DNA of 64,000 bases from a virus. Shown in pieces: positions 44,957 through 53,387 of this stretch (positions within the stretch are counted from its first letter, which is position 1; each line of letters opens with the position of its first letter). The translations under genes were made by a program, and so were the position numbers. The stretch lies in the IMG/VR virus record IMGVR_UViG_3300040816_000831, one strand, 5' to 3'. Under the pieces are notes generated by a model. That model ran no database searches. It was not told the DNA's origin and was given only the letters and a program-made list of their open reading frames with translations.

Positions 44957-44985
44957 ATTATAACATAAAATCAGTGAGTTGTAAA
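44957..44985 (-). promoter_or_regulatory. Sigma70-like phage promoter
   Basis: TTTACA-N17-TATAAT upstream of rpsU. Confidence 0.7.
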
Positions 44986-46145
44986 CTGTTTTTTTCATAT
45001 TCATAGGTTCTTTTTTTATTATCCTGTATTAGGAATTTAGTATCAATCATTTCAAGCTGATTGTTTAAATATTTTTGAACCATTTTTGCAGCATGCTCTG
45101 CTGTAGTCACTGGCACATTTTGGCATATATGGTTAAGTGACCTTTTAGGTTCAAGCAATATAAAATCTTTTGGTAGTTTCATAAGAGATAAAGCTTCTCT
45201 TACTGTTAAGTATCTATCTTCATCCGGATGAGTTAAGCACGTTGGCATATGTCCAACAAATGCTCCTATTTTATCTTTAGGAATCTCTGTAGTTTTTCTC
45301 ATGATATTACCACCAGCTTTGAGCTTATGATATTGCCTATCGCATTTCTTTGCAACATTATCATATCCATTTTCTCTCATCCATTTAGCTACTTCTTTAT
45401 ATGTTGTTCTTTCTTCAATGTAGTCCATTGGGTTTGTTGTCTTTTCTATTTTATCTTGAAATTCACTATGTGATATACCACCTTCTAATACTTCAAGAAC
45501 ATATCGATAATATGGTTCTTCAGAAGGTTTCTTTTCATTACAAAGAATTTGACTCATTGGGTCATCATCTTTTCTTTCAACTTCTCTTATATCATCAGCA
45601 ATCATTGTAGGTCTTTCTAGTACATATTCAAATAATGGTACTTCATTACCTTTCCAAAAGAAATAGAATGTTCTATCTCGTACTTGGCTGAGTCCATGTA
45701 GTATAGATTTTGTTTTAAAGATACTAAAAGTATATCCATTATCTTCTCCTATCTTCCTCAATCTTCTTACAACGGGTTCTCCCATCTTACTTGCAAGCCT
45801 TGGTGCGTTCTCTCCCCAAAATACTTTTGGTTGTACTTCACTAAGTACATATTCAGCAGATGTAAACATCCATTCGTTCATAGGATTATTACTTGCAGCT
45901 GATGGACTAAGTGAGCTGAGCCCTGCACATGGGCATACAGTATTAATCACATTAACTTTTTCTGTGTAACTCGCTCCCTCTGAGAGGTTCAAATATGGGA
46001 CCTCATGGTTATAATGATTTAATAAGTGAGATTCATTAGCTTGAAAGCCTTCATATGTCATAATATACTTTGGTCTTTCTCCAAAGACATTTTCCATTGC
46101 TATTGTTTCTCCACCTATTAGTGGTACTATACTCGCATAACTCAT
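44958..46145 (-). CDS. Divergent DNA cytosine-C5 methyltransferase-fold protein
   Basis: Motif IV PCAGLS, VI EN, VIII Q.R.R, IX R.LTVRE; motif I is PLIGG instead of FxGxGG, motif X is CQNV. Confidence 0.75.
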   Translation of the reverse strand: MSYASIVPLIGGETIAMENVFGERPKYIMTYEGFQANESHLLNHYNHEVPYLNLSEGASYTEKVNVINTVCPCAGLSSLSPSAASNNPMNEWMFTSAEYVLSEVQPKVFWGENAPRLASKMGEPVVRRLRKIGEDNGYTFSIFKTKSILHGLSQVRDRTFYFFWKGNEVPLFEYVLERPTMIADDIREVERKDDDPMSQILCNEKKPSEEPYYRYVLEVLEGGISHSEFQDKIEKTTNPMDYIEERTTYKEVAKWMRENGYDNVAKKCDRQYHKLKAGGNIMRKTTEIPKDKIGAFVGHMPTCLTHPDEDRYLTVREALSLMKLPKDFILLEPKRSLNHICQNVPVTTAEHAAKMVQKYLNNQLEMIDTKFLIQDNKKRTYEYEKNSLQLTDFML

Positions 46146-47122
46146 GCAAAAAACTCCTCTAGTCCAGCCTTTTCAATTCCATTCCAATATGGATAGAACT
46201 CTCTGGATAAATGTATTGATTGTGGTTTCTCCATATATTTAAAATCGAGCTTACCTTCTTTATTAAAGAGATGACCGGTCCATCTTTTGATACCGTATTC
46301 TTTCTCTATGTAATCGTTAAATTTATTTCTTGCATCATTTCTTTCTGACCAAGAACCGTAAAATGGTTGTCCTTTATAATATCCTGATTGCGGTATTCTT
46401 CTACTTACATCTTCTATTGGAAGCAACTCATATATCTTTGCATTATACTTATGAGCTTCTTCAATATACCTATCAGCTAAATCTTCTATCTTTTGTCCTA
46501 GTCTAATTACATGATGTCTTATATCAATATTACCAAAATAGCATTCAAGCTCTTCATAATCGTAAGGAATGTATTTATCAAATCCTTCGTTTAAAGCTCC
46601 ATTTAAAGTTTTGAATGGAACACTGTTTACTGTCCAACCTGGTCGATACATGCAGATGGAATGACTATCACCAATAACTATTTTAGAAGTTGGATTAGGA
46701 TAGTCGATTCTTTCAGCTTCATTAAACATGCGTTCTAGATTTTTAAGGTCTACATCATGCCATTCCGGTTGAACCTCTTTCTTAGCCGATTCCAGTTTTG
46801 ATTTAACCATTTCGTGATACGGCGGGAAGTCGATTCCAATTGAAAAGACTCTGCCTTTGAACTTAGAAAAGTTGACAGTGTTCTTAACATAAGGAAAACC
46901 GTATACGCCACCAAACATATTAATTCCACCACTCCAATCAGTGCCGTGATAGACCCAAAGACTATCATAATCATTGTGGTCTTCAATTTCTCCACCGTAG
47001 TTAACATCGCAGTTTCCATATTTCTCCTTTATCATATCGCCATACATTACTCCTGCAGCTCCTCTATGAGAAGCAGCTCTCTTAGCTATTGGAATAAATG
47101 GACAATTAATTATATTTTTCAT
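46142..47122 (-). CDS. SGNH-like hydrolase/acyltransferase
   Basis: IGDSH, FGNID, C-terminal SIHLS. Confidence 0.5.
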   Translation of the reverse strand: MKNIINCPFIPIAKRAASHRGAAGVMYGDMIKEKYGNCDVNYGGEIEDHNDYDSLWVYHGTDWSGGINMFGGVYGFPYVKNTVNFSKFKGRVFSIGIDFPPYHEMVKSKLESAKKEVQPEWHDVDLKNLERMFNEAERIDYPNPTSKIVIGDSHSICMYRPGWTVNSVPFKTLNGALNEGFDKYIPYDYEELECYFGNIDIRHHVIRLGQKIEDLADRYIEEAHKYNAKIYELLPIEDVSRRIPQSGYYKGQPFYGSWSERNDARNKFNDYIEKEYGIKRWTGHLFNKEGKLDFKYMEKPQSIHLSREFYPYWNGIEKAGLEEFFA

Positions 47123-47129
47123 TAGATAT

Positions 47130-47158
47130 ATTATACCATACTTTTGTTCAAATGTAAA
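47130..47158 (-). promoter_or_regulatory. Sigma70-like phage promoter
   Basis: TTTACA-N17-TATAAT. Confidence 0.75.
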
Positions 47159-47163
47159 CGTTT

Positions 47164-48228
47164 TTATTCAAAGAATTCACTAAGGGTATTAGTCTTTTGT
47201 ACGCGCGCCACGCGTCTACGCGCGCATGCTCGCTCGTCTTCTCTTATCTGTAGGTATACACCAAACTGACATGACAACACTTCAGTTCCGTAGTATTTAA
47301 GAGAATCTTGTTCATATTGAAATAATTTACTACCGTCTTTCTTATTTATATTGAAAGCTTTTGGATGAAATACAACATCTTTTGTTAATCCTATTTCATC
47401 TGAATTTTCTCTCATATAGTATATTGCTTCGTCATACAATTTCTTTGGAGCTTCTGGCCACATTAATTGTATTGTATACACAGCTCCTGGACCCGGCGAT
47501 ACAAATCTTTGGTCATGATGATACTTCATTTGTGGTAATACAGATGAAGAAGCAGCTCCATGGAATCCGTAATAATGTCCTATGCCAGGTTGTTCTCTTA
47601 AAAGAGTATAAATCTCTGACATATGATTACATTGTTGCATTCGTTCTAAGAAACCAGTATCTCTAAAAGAAGATACCCATTCACAAACATCAACTGCATG
47701 AAACTTTCTATCTGGTTCGTTATACTTTTCACGACAATAGTTTCTAGCAGCAGTTTGTATAGATGTGTGTAATTCTGTTGTTCCCCAAATTGGTTGCTTA
47801 TTCTTTATTGCTTTATCTAAATTATTACGAACATATTGAATATAATCTTTATTTCCATTTGCTATTCTATCAAAATCAACAAAGACGTTATCTTCTCCTG
47901 AAGCAAGAAAATGAACTCCTCTTCCACCATAGAAATGAGATATAAAAGTATTACCTACAATATTCATTATTGTAGTATCTAGACTTGCTATCTCTTGACC
48001 AATAAATCTCATACGGTCATCAAGTGTAATTGTTGGATGAAAATATTCTACATCTTCGCCAAGACCAAAATCATTCTTGCCATGACGATTTACTGATTCA
48101 TATTGTTCTTTTGAATATCCAAGTTGTATATTAGACCTTTCATTAACTTTATATAGAAACCAATTGAACTCTTTCATGAGTTCTTTATCGTAATTCGACC
48201 AATCGTAATTATATTTAGTACTTGACAC
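47164..48228 (-). CDS. aGPT-Pplase/amino acid:DNA transferase-like helical (HhH glycosylase-related) DNA modification protein
   Basis: F....ER, DDR, L...PGIG.Y, FV.PGPGA, E...CQF..Y motif series. Confidence 0.6.
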   Translation of the reverse strand: MSSTKYNYDWSNYDKELMKEFNWFLYKVNERSNIQLGYSKEQYESVNRHGKNDFGLGEDVEYFHPTITLDDRMRFIGQEIASLDTTIMNIVGNTFISHFYGGRGVHFLASGEDNVFVDFDRIANGNKDYIQYVRNNLDKAIKNKQPIWGTTELHTSIQTAARNYCREKYNEPDRKFHAVDVCEWVSSFRDTGFLERMQQCNHMSEIYTLLREQPGIGHYYGFHGAASSSVLPQMKYHHDQRFVSPGPGAVYTIQLMWPEAPKKLYDEAIYYMRENSDEIGLTKDVVFHPKAFNINKKDGSKLFQYEQDSLKYYGTEVLSCQFGVYLQIREDERACARRRVARVQKTNTLSEFFE

Positions 48229-48628
48229 GTTCCTCGTTATCTCTCTTTAAATGAACAATTGATATATCAGGACATCTTTTTTTAATCTCTTTGATTTGAA
48301 TTGGGTCATCTTCGAAATGCATTTCTATTTCTACTCCCAAGTCTTTTAACATATTAATCATTTGTCCTTTAAAGATACCAGAAGCTTTTCTGCCATATAG
48401 TGGATTTTCTTTTACTCCATGAGTCACTTTATGATTTTTTAGTTTTCTTTCAAGTGGATTCATGTAAAGAGTATTATATATTCCTCTAGATTCTAGCATT
48501 TTTACTGTAGCTTCTCTATCAGCAAAAGGCCGCCCAGTAATGATGATGTCATCTTTACCGGGTCTTACGCCTGTGGTGCTTTCACCAAAATAGATTACTC
48601 CATCGATGTCAAACGAATTAATTTTCAT
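48215..48628 (-). CDS. HAD phosphatase
   Basis: FDIDGV, ITGR, K, FEDD; coupled to inositol-phosphate synthase. Confidence 0.8.
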   Translation of the reverse strand: MKINSFDIDGVIYFGESTTGVRPGKDDIIITGRPFADREATVKMLESRGIYNTLYMNPLERKLKNHKVTHGVKENPLYGRKASGIFKGQMINMLKDLGVEIEMHFEDDPIQIKEIKKRCPDISIVHLKRDNEERVKY

Positions 48629-49910
48629 AATCATTCTTCGCATCTTGGAAGGTGTGAGGCAAATCTGCTGCCTTCGGTCTATTCTCTTTGAGCTGTGGAG
48701 TAGTAATATCTGTCAATACTCTCCTAGCTAAAGCATCACATTCAAATTTGGCATCTTGAGTTTTGAGCTGTAATGGAGGAGTCTTTTGAGTCCATGCTGA
48801 TGGTCCTCTTAAATATCCTACAATGCCCATCTCTGAAGCTACCTTACAAAATCTAATTGCTGAAACAACAACTCCACCAGAGTTTGGAGAGTCTTGAACT
48901 GAAAGTCTAGCTGACATTTCATATCTTGCTCCTGCAAATCCATAAGCAACCATATCAAAGTTAGCTATTTTATTATCAGATGAGATATAATCTCCACCTG
49001 GTTTTTGTTGAACAGTAAGAGATGGACCAGCAAATAATGTCATACCTGCAGTTGATTCTCCTCTTACGCTGTTTTGTCCTTTTAAAACATTTTCTTTTGA
49101 TACATGTTTGTTATGTAATCTATATTGTTTTGCCATATTCAAGAAGTCAGTATTTGCTGTTCTTCCTGTTCTTATATGCTCTTGTCCTTGTGTAGAACCA
49201 GCAGCCATATTCATTTGAATGTGTTGTGTTACCATTAAACCTGAATCTAACATAGCACCTTGTAGAACTTCTGACATTCTTGAAGCTCCCCAGGCTGACC
49301 TCATATCTGAACCAACAATTGTAAGTCCTGCATCTATGAATCTTTGTTCAGTTATCATAGCATCTTCTGTTGAAATCAATGTCGGTATACAGTTTACGAA
49401 ATGTATTCCTGCATCTAACGCAACATCAATCCAGTATTTAGAAGCTTCTTCTGAACCAACTGGTAAATAGTTAATGAGTACATCTACATCATGATACTGT
49501 AGTAACTCAACAGTTCTTTCAAAAGATTCTGCTGGTACAGCTCCATTTACAAATGTGACTTCATCTGGATAATCATGCATGTGAGGAGCTATTCCGTCCA
49601 TTTCTGGAGCTGAATAGACCATTGCATCATTATTTACAGCTGAACTATTTGATGTAGTTGTTATTTTTTCGACATGGTCCATAGCGCAATTAGGTTGAGC
49701 TCTTAAAGCTTTTGCTAATTTTTTATTTACTTTCCTTTTATCGATATCAAATCCAATAACAAACTCGATGTCGTGTACTGAATATCCGCCGATATCTTCA
49801 TACATTAGACCAATTTTGTCTTCTGGATTTTCGTTATAATATTGTACACCTTCCACTAAAGACTTTGCACAACTTCCGACGCCGATTATTCCGGCTTTTA
49901 TTTTTGACAT
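48618..49910 (-). CDS. ino1: myo-Inositol-1-phosphate synthase
   Basis: GVGSCA..LV.GV.YY, INYLPVGSEEA, FVNCIP, NTDFLNM, GPS, L.V.DSPNSGG. Confidence 0.92.
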   Translation of the reverse strand: MSKIKAGIIGVGSCAKSLVEGVQYYNENPEDKIGLMYEDIGGYSVHDIEFVIGFDIDKRKVNKKLAKALRAQPNCAMDHVEKITTTSNSSAVNNDAMVYSAPEMDGIAPHMHDYPDEVTFVNGAVPAESFERTVELLQYHDVDVLINYLPVGSEEASKYWIDVALDAGIHFVNCIPTLISTEDAMITEQRFIDAGLTIVGSDMRSAWGASRMSEVLQGAMLDSGLMVTQHIQMNMAAGSTQGQEHIRTGRTANTDFLNMAKQYRLHNKHVSKENVLKGQNSVRGESTAGMTLFAGPSLTVQQKPGGDYISSDNKIANFDMVAYGFAGARYEMSARLSVQDSPNSGGVVVSAIRFCKVASEMGIVGYLRGPSAWTQKTPPLQLKTQDAKFECDALARRVLTDITTPQLKENRPKAADLPHTFQDAKNDYEN

Positions 49911-49937
49911 ATTATTCTCCTTATATCAGTTTATTTG

Positions 49938-49974
49938 AGTGAGAAATTTGACTGGCGTACCAGAGTAGCTCACT
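49938..49974 (-). promoter_or_regulatory. Hairpin in leader of ino1
   Basis: AGUGAG/CUCACU outer stem, CUGG-UACG-CCAG inner stem. Confidence 0.45.
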
Positions 49975-50278
49975 ATATACTATTAGTTATAACACTTATC
50001 AGACCACTTCCAAGGATAATGACTGCTGCTGTGTTTAAAATTATCAATGCTCTATCTTTCCAGATAAGAGCTACTATTAACCAACCGAATGTTCCAACTA
50101 AGGAAAACGCTTGGTCATAGAGAGCAAGGTCAGGATTAGACCTGCTTGCCATAGCAATTAAAAGAATAGCTGATGCTACCCATTTAATATACCAATCAAT
50201 TGTATACTTAGGAGTTGCGCTCTTAAATATACGCTTTGAATTTTTTATTTCTTGTTCGTTAAATTTCGGTGAATTCAT
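49973..50278 (-). CDS. Small three-TM membrane protein
   Basis: WYIKW...GW..V...W.DRALI.LN. Confidence 0.7.
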   Translation of the reverse strand: MNSPKFNEQEIKNSKRIFKSATPKYTIDWYIKWVASAILLIAMASRSNPDLALYDQAFSLVGTFGWLIVALIWKDRALIILNTAAVIILGSGLISVITNSI

Positions 50279-50699
50279 ATTTTACATTAGCCTCTTTAAA
50301 TATTTCATGTGTTTTTTCTATTGCTTCTTTCCATCTATCTGGAGTATTTTCTGAAAGCGATACAACTCTAGATATTCCTGCTTGTATTATACCTAATGAG
50401 CAATGACCACAAACTGGTAAACCATAAATATATAATATAGAATCTTTTAAAGATATTCCATTTTCTGCAGCATTATATATACAATTCATTTCTGCATGAA
50501 CTACATATTGATACTTTGTTTCTCTATGATTATATCTTTCTTTACTATCTTCAATACCTTTAGGAAATCCATTATATCCTGTTGCTAATATTTTTCTATC
50601 TCTTACAGCAATTGCACCTATTTTTCTACTTGGGTCTTTACTCCATGTAGATATTTCACGAGCAATATCAAGAAATCTTTTATCCCACTTATTTAACAA
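50259..50699 (-). CDS. cd: dCMP deaminase (start approximate)
   Basis: SKDPS, TGYNGFP, HAEMN, P.C..C. Confidence 0.9.
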   Translation of the reverse strand: MLNKWDKRFLDIAREISTWSKDPSRKIGAIAVRDRKILATGYNGFPKGIEDSKERYNHRETKYQYVVHAEMNCIYNAAENGISLKDSILYIYGLPVCGHCSLGIIQAGISRVVSLSENTPDRWKEAIEKTHEIFKEANVKYEFTEI

Positions 50700-51366
50700 G
50701 GTCAAAGTGCCTCTCATACACATGTAAGTTTTGTACTTGCCAATAAATTTTACCACCACTTTTAAGTGGATGACCATTATAGTATAAATCTTTTTCTAGT
50801 TTTTCTAATACGTATTTTTGCCAAGCGTAATCATTTCGATAACCATATACAACGTCATTACTTCTCATTTGAACTACACAATGTAATTGTTCATCTCTTA
50901 TATAATATGTAACAGCATTTGTACAAATAAAATCATTCTTACCATCTTCTTTAAATTCGCGCCAGATACTTGGTCTTTGATATACCATTGAAGCTCTACG
51001 AGAATCTGGATTAATTTCACTTAGTTCTTTTACTACTTGATTATATTGTCTATGAAATTTTTTACTGAATATAAGATGACCATAATTAGAATTGATTTCA
51101 CCATAATCATTTGCAGAATATTCCCATGCTGCTGGCGACTTACCATATATTTCAGCAAGTTTATTAATATTAGTTGACCTAGAATTATACCATTCTATTT
51201 CAGCATCAATATATTCTTGATTGGGTTTACCAAAAATTGATGGCTTATCTGCTAGAAAAGACGCAGCAAATATTTCGATTGTTTTACAACCAGTCTTATC
51301 ATCGGTAAACTCTTTGTTTTTAAGTTTATCGATAAACGTATTTGCGATATCTTTAGTCTTCAACAT
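50689..51366 (-). CDS. 42: dCMP hydroxymethylase (thymidylate synthase fold, T4 gp42 type)
   Basis: INSNYG, SRR, RPS, DFICTN, MRSNDVVYGYRNDYAW (Asp at the dCMP-specificity position), LHVYERHF. Confidence 0.88.
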   Translation of the reverse strand: MLKTKDIANTFIDKLKNKEFTDDKTGCKTIEIFAASFLADKPSIFGKPNQEYIDAEIEWYNSRSTNINKLAEIYGKSPAAWEYSANDYGEINSNYGHLIFSKKFHRQYNQVVKELSEINPDSRRASMVYQRPSIWREFKEDGKNDFICTNAVTYYIRDEQLHCVVQMRSNDVVYGYRNDYAWQKYVLEKLEKDLYYNGHPLKSGGKIYWQVQNLHVYERHFDLVK

Positions 51367-51682
51367 TACTTACCTTTTTGTTGAACATATCTCTTGTTGG
51401 GTCTTGGCCTTCCATTTTACCTCGAGCATAAGCAACAGCAAAAGAACAATAGTTAATCATATCTTTATAAGTATCTTCAATACTTTCGAAGTTTGGGTCA
51501 TCGGCTGATTCAAGCAATGAAGTTGCTCTCATCATTTTACCAAGAATAATATCATGAATCGTATCAATGCCACGTCTATAATGCATGGCTTGGACTACTG
51601 TTGATTCAGAACTTTGATAGTCTTGGGATTTTTTAGTTTGTAGTTCTGCGCATTCTTGCAGGACTCTTAAGCTTTCTTTCAT
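51353..51682 (-). CDS. Nucleotide-modification-associated helical protein (Nmad1/DUF1599-like)
   Basis: KK..DY, K..R, ESIEDT..D.INY. Confidence 0.7.
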   Translation of the reverse strand: MKESLRVLQECAELQTKKSQDYQSSESTVVQAMHYRRGIDTIHDIILGKMMRATSLLESADDPNFESIEDTYKDMINYCSFAVAYARGKMEGQDPTRDMFNKKVSNVED

Positions 51683-51711
51683 AATGTCTCCATAATTAAT
51701 TAGATATATCT

Positions 51712-51740
51712 ATTATATCATACTTTTGGTTAAATGTAAA
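51712..51740 (-). promoter_or_regulatory. Sigma70-like phage promoter heading the modification operon
   Basis: TTTACA-N17-TATAAT. Confidence 0.75.
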
Positions 51741-51747
51741 CTGTTTT

Positions 51748-52170
51748 TTAATATATTTTACTACTTGTAAATTTTCGTAGTTCATCACCTTTACCTTTAA
51801 AGGTTGTTATCATTTTCATTTTACTTATTGGCCAACCACACATTACTCTTCCATCGCGTGTAGTTATTTCTTTTGTATCATTTCTATCAATACACTCCCA
51901 TAATATTGCATCAGGGGAGTTATCATATTCAACAAAGAAAAGACGGTCTACTGATTTACATTTTGGTACTTGATTTTTCCAAGCTGTATTTACAGTAAAG
52001 TAACCAAAGGGATGTCTATTTTGGCATTTAACTTCTGCTGTTTCATCAAGTATCATACCATCTTTTTTGCTATCATATTTGTCAGTACTTTGTTCACCAC
52101 TAAAGTAATCAAAAACTAATTGTTCGGCTAAAAAGCCCATCTTTTCTTTATTTGTTTTATATGTATTCAT
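51748..52170 (-). CDS. Putative PD-(D/E)xK nuclease
   Basis: G..AE...D...EVK. Confidence 0.5.
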   Translation of the reverse strand: MNTYKTNKEKMGFLAEQLVFDYFSGEQSTDKYDSKKDGMILDETAEVKCQNRHPFGYFTVNTAWKNQVPKCKSVDRLFFVEYDNSPDAILWECIDRNDTKEITTRDGRVMCGWPISKMKMITTFKGKGDELRKFTSSKIY

Positions 52171-52601
52171 TATCTACTAAGAGATTTATTGTATATAATA
52201 CCTTCTGATATTAATACTTCTCTATTCCACATGTGTCCTTTTTCAGTGTCATCTTTTGACTGACCAAAATAAGGAACTGCATGACAATCTTTTATCATTT
52301 GTTGATTAACACTAAAATTAGAATTACCTATAAAAAGTTCACCAAGTATTCTGCCAAACTTTCCTTTATCATGAGATTGTAATTGAACCTCTTGGTCTTT
52401 TAGTATTTTCTTTAAGTGAGCTTTTGAAGCTAAGCCATAAAACTTTTCTTCTAAATCTCTAGTTCTAGATTCTGGAGTATCAATACCCATCATTCTAACT
52501 CTTTGTTTTTTGTAGACCATTCCAAATCCTAAATCGATATCTACATCAACTGTATCTCCATCTACGACTCTTGTGACCTTTACGTTATATCTATAGCTCA
52601 T
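52170..52601 (-). CDS. Thermonuclease (SNase-like)
   Basis: RVVDGDT, R..GIDTPE, GKFGRIL. Confidence 0.9.
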   Translation of the reverse strand: MSYRYNVKVTRVVDGDTVDVDIDLGFGMVYKKQRVRMMGIDTPESRTRDLEEKFYGLASKAHLKKILKDQEVQLQSHDKGKFGRILGELFIGNSNFSVNQQMIKDCHAVPYFGQSKDDTEKGHMWNREVLISEGIIYNKSLSR

Positions 52602-52864
52602 TAGTCTTCTCCTATTACTGCTTTAATGTGGTCAGCGTCTATAATAACAGCTGCGTTACCATCAACATTTACTGCCATTGACTTTGACCAATCTAAAAAG
52701 ACTCTTTGTCCTGTCATGACTTTATCTAAAGCTCCAGTACTAACTGCTAAAACTAATCCTGGTTTACTTGCGTTGTCAATATTTTCAGTAAGTATAATAC
52801 CACCGGCCGATTGACTTTCTTTTTGTACTTCTGTTACGAGTACGTTGTTTCCTAACATTTTCAT
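52601..52864 (-). CDS. groES: Co-chaperonin GroES
   Basis: VLV...SAGGIIL, G.VLAV..G, I.AVI. Confidence 0.8.
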   Translation of the reverse strand: MKMLGNNVLVTEVQKESQSAGGIILTENIDNASKPGLVLAVSTGALDKVMTGQRVFLDWSKSMAVNVDGNAAVIIDADHIKAVIGED

Positions 52865-52874
52865 AATATCTCTC

Positions 52875-53387
52875 CTATTTGTAGAATATGTGGTTATTTA
52901 TTATAACAGTTTGATTGAGCGAATCTGCCCAATAAGGAAGGACTCTATCATTGTGATAATGTGTTGACCCCTCTGTAATATCCGGATATGCTCCTTGTAT
53001 GACATCTCTTGCTATGTGTAATGATTTAAGCCATGTTGGACTATCTTCTGGGTCGTCTGATTTGCCATCACAAAACCAACTAAATTGGCATTGATTACGC
53101 ATAGGAATCATTTCGCCTAACCAGTTTTCTTTCCACTTAGCTTGGTAAATAACTCCACAAACATCCGTTGGATAATTTGGATGTTTTGTTCTATTTAGAA
53201 CAACATGAGCAACAGCTACTTTTCCAGCTAATGGTTGATTACCAGCTTCAAAGTAAATGTTTTGAGCCATACAATAAATATCATTGTTGGCGTCTGAAGC
53301 TTCAACCTTTGGAACAGCAAACATTACTGCACCTAGCATGAAACCAAATAACATTCCATATAGAAATGCTTTATATTCATCTGTCAT
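52875..53387 (-). CDS. Cell wall hydrolase (SleB/Hydrolase_2)
   Basis: C.A.NIYFEA, VVLNR, CQFSW.CDG, T.YH, HIFY; N-terminal TM. Confidence 0.9.
   Translation of the reverse strand: MTDEYKAFLYGMLFGFMLGAVMFAVPKVEASDANNDIYCMAQNIYFEAGNQPLAGKVAVAHVVLNRTKHPNYPTDVCGVIYQAKWKENWLGEMIPMRNQCQFSWFCDGKSDDPEDSPTWLKSLHIARDVIQGAYPDITEGSTHYHNDRVLPYWADSLNQTVIINNHIFYK

Noticed and set aside
47199-47230. CG-rich patch TACGCGCGCCACGCGTCTACGCGCGCATGC
   Set aside because: Largely explained by coding for RACARRRVARV; no convincing structure or second copy
50689-51366. Ordinary thymidylate synthase
   Set aside because: RNDYAW with Asp and DFxCTN match gp42-type enzymes, not the PFN motif of ThyA
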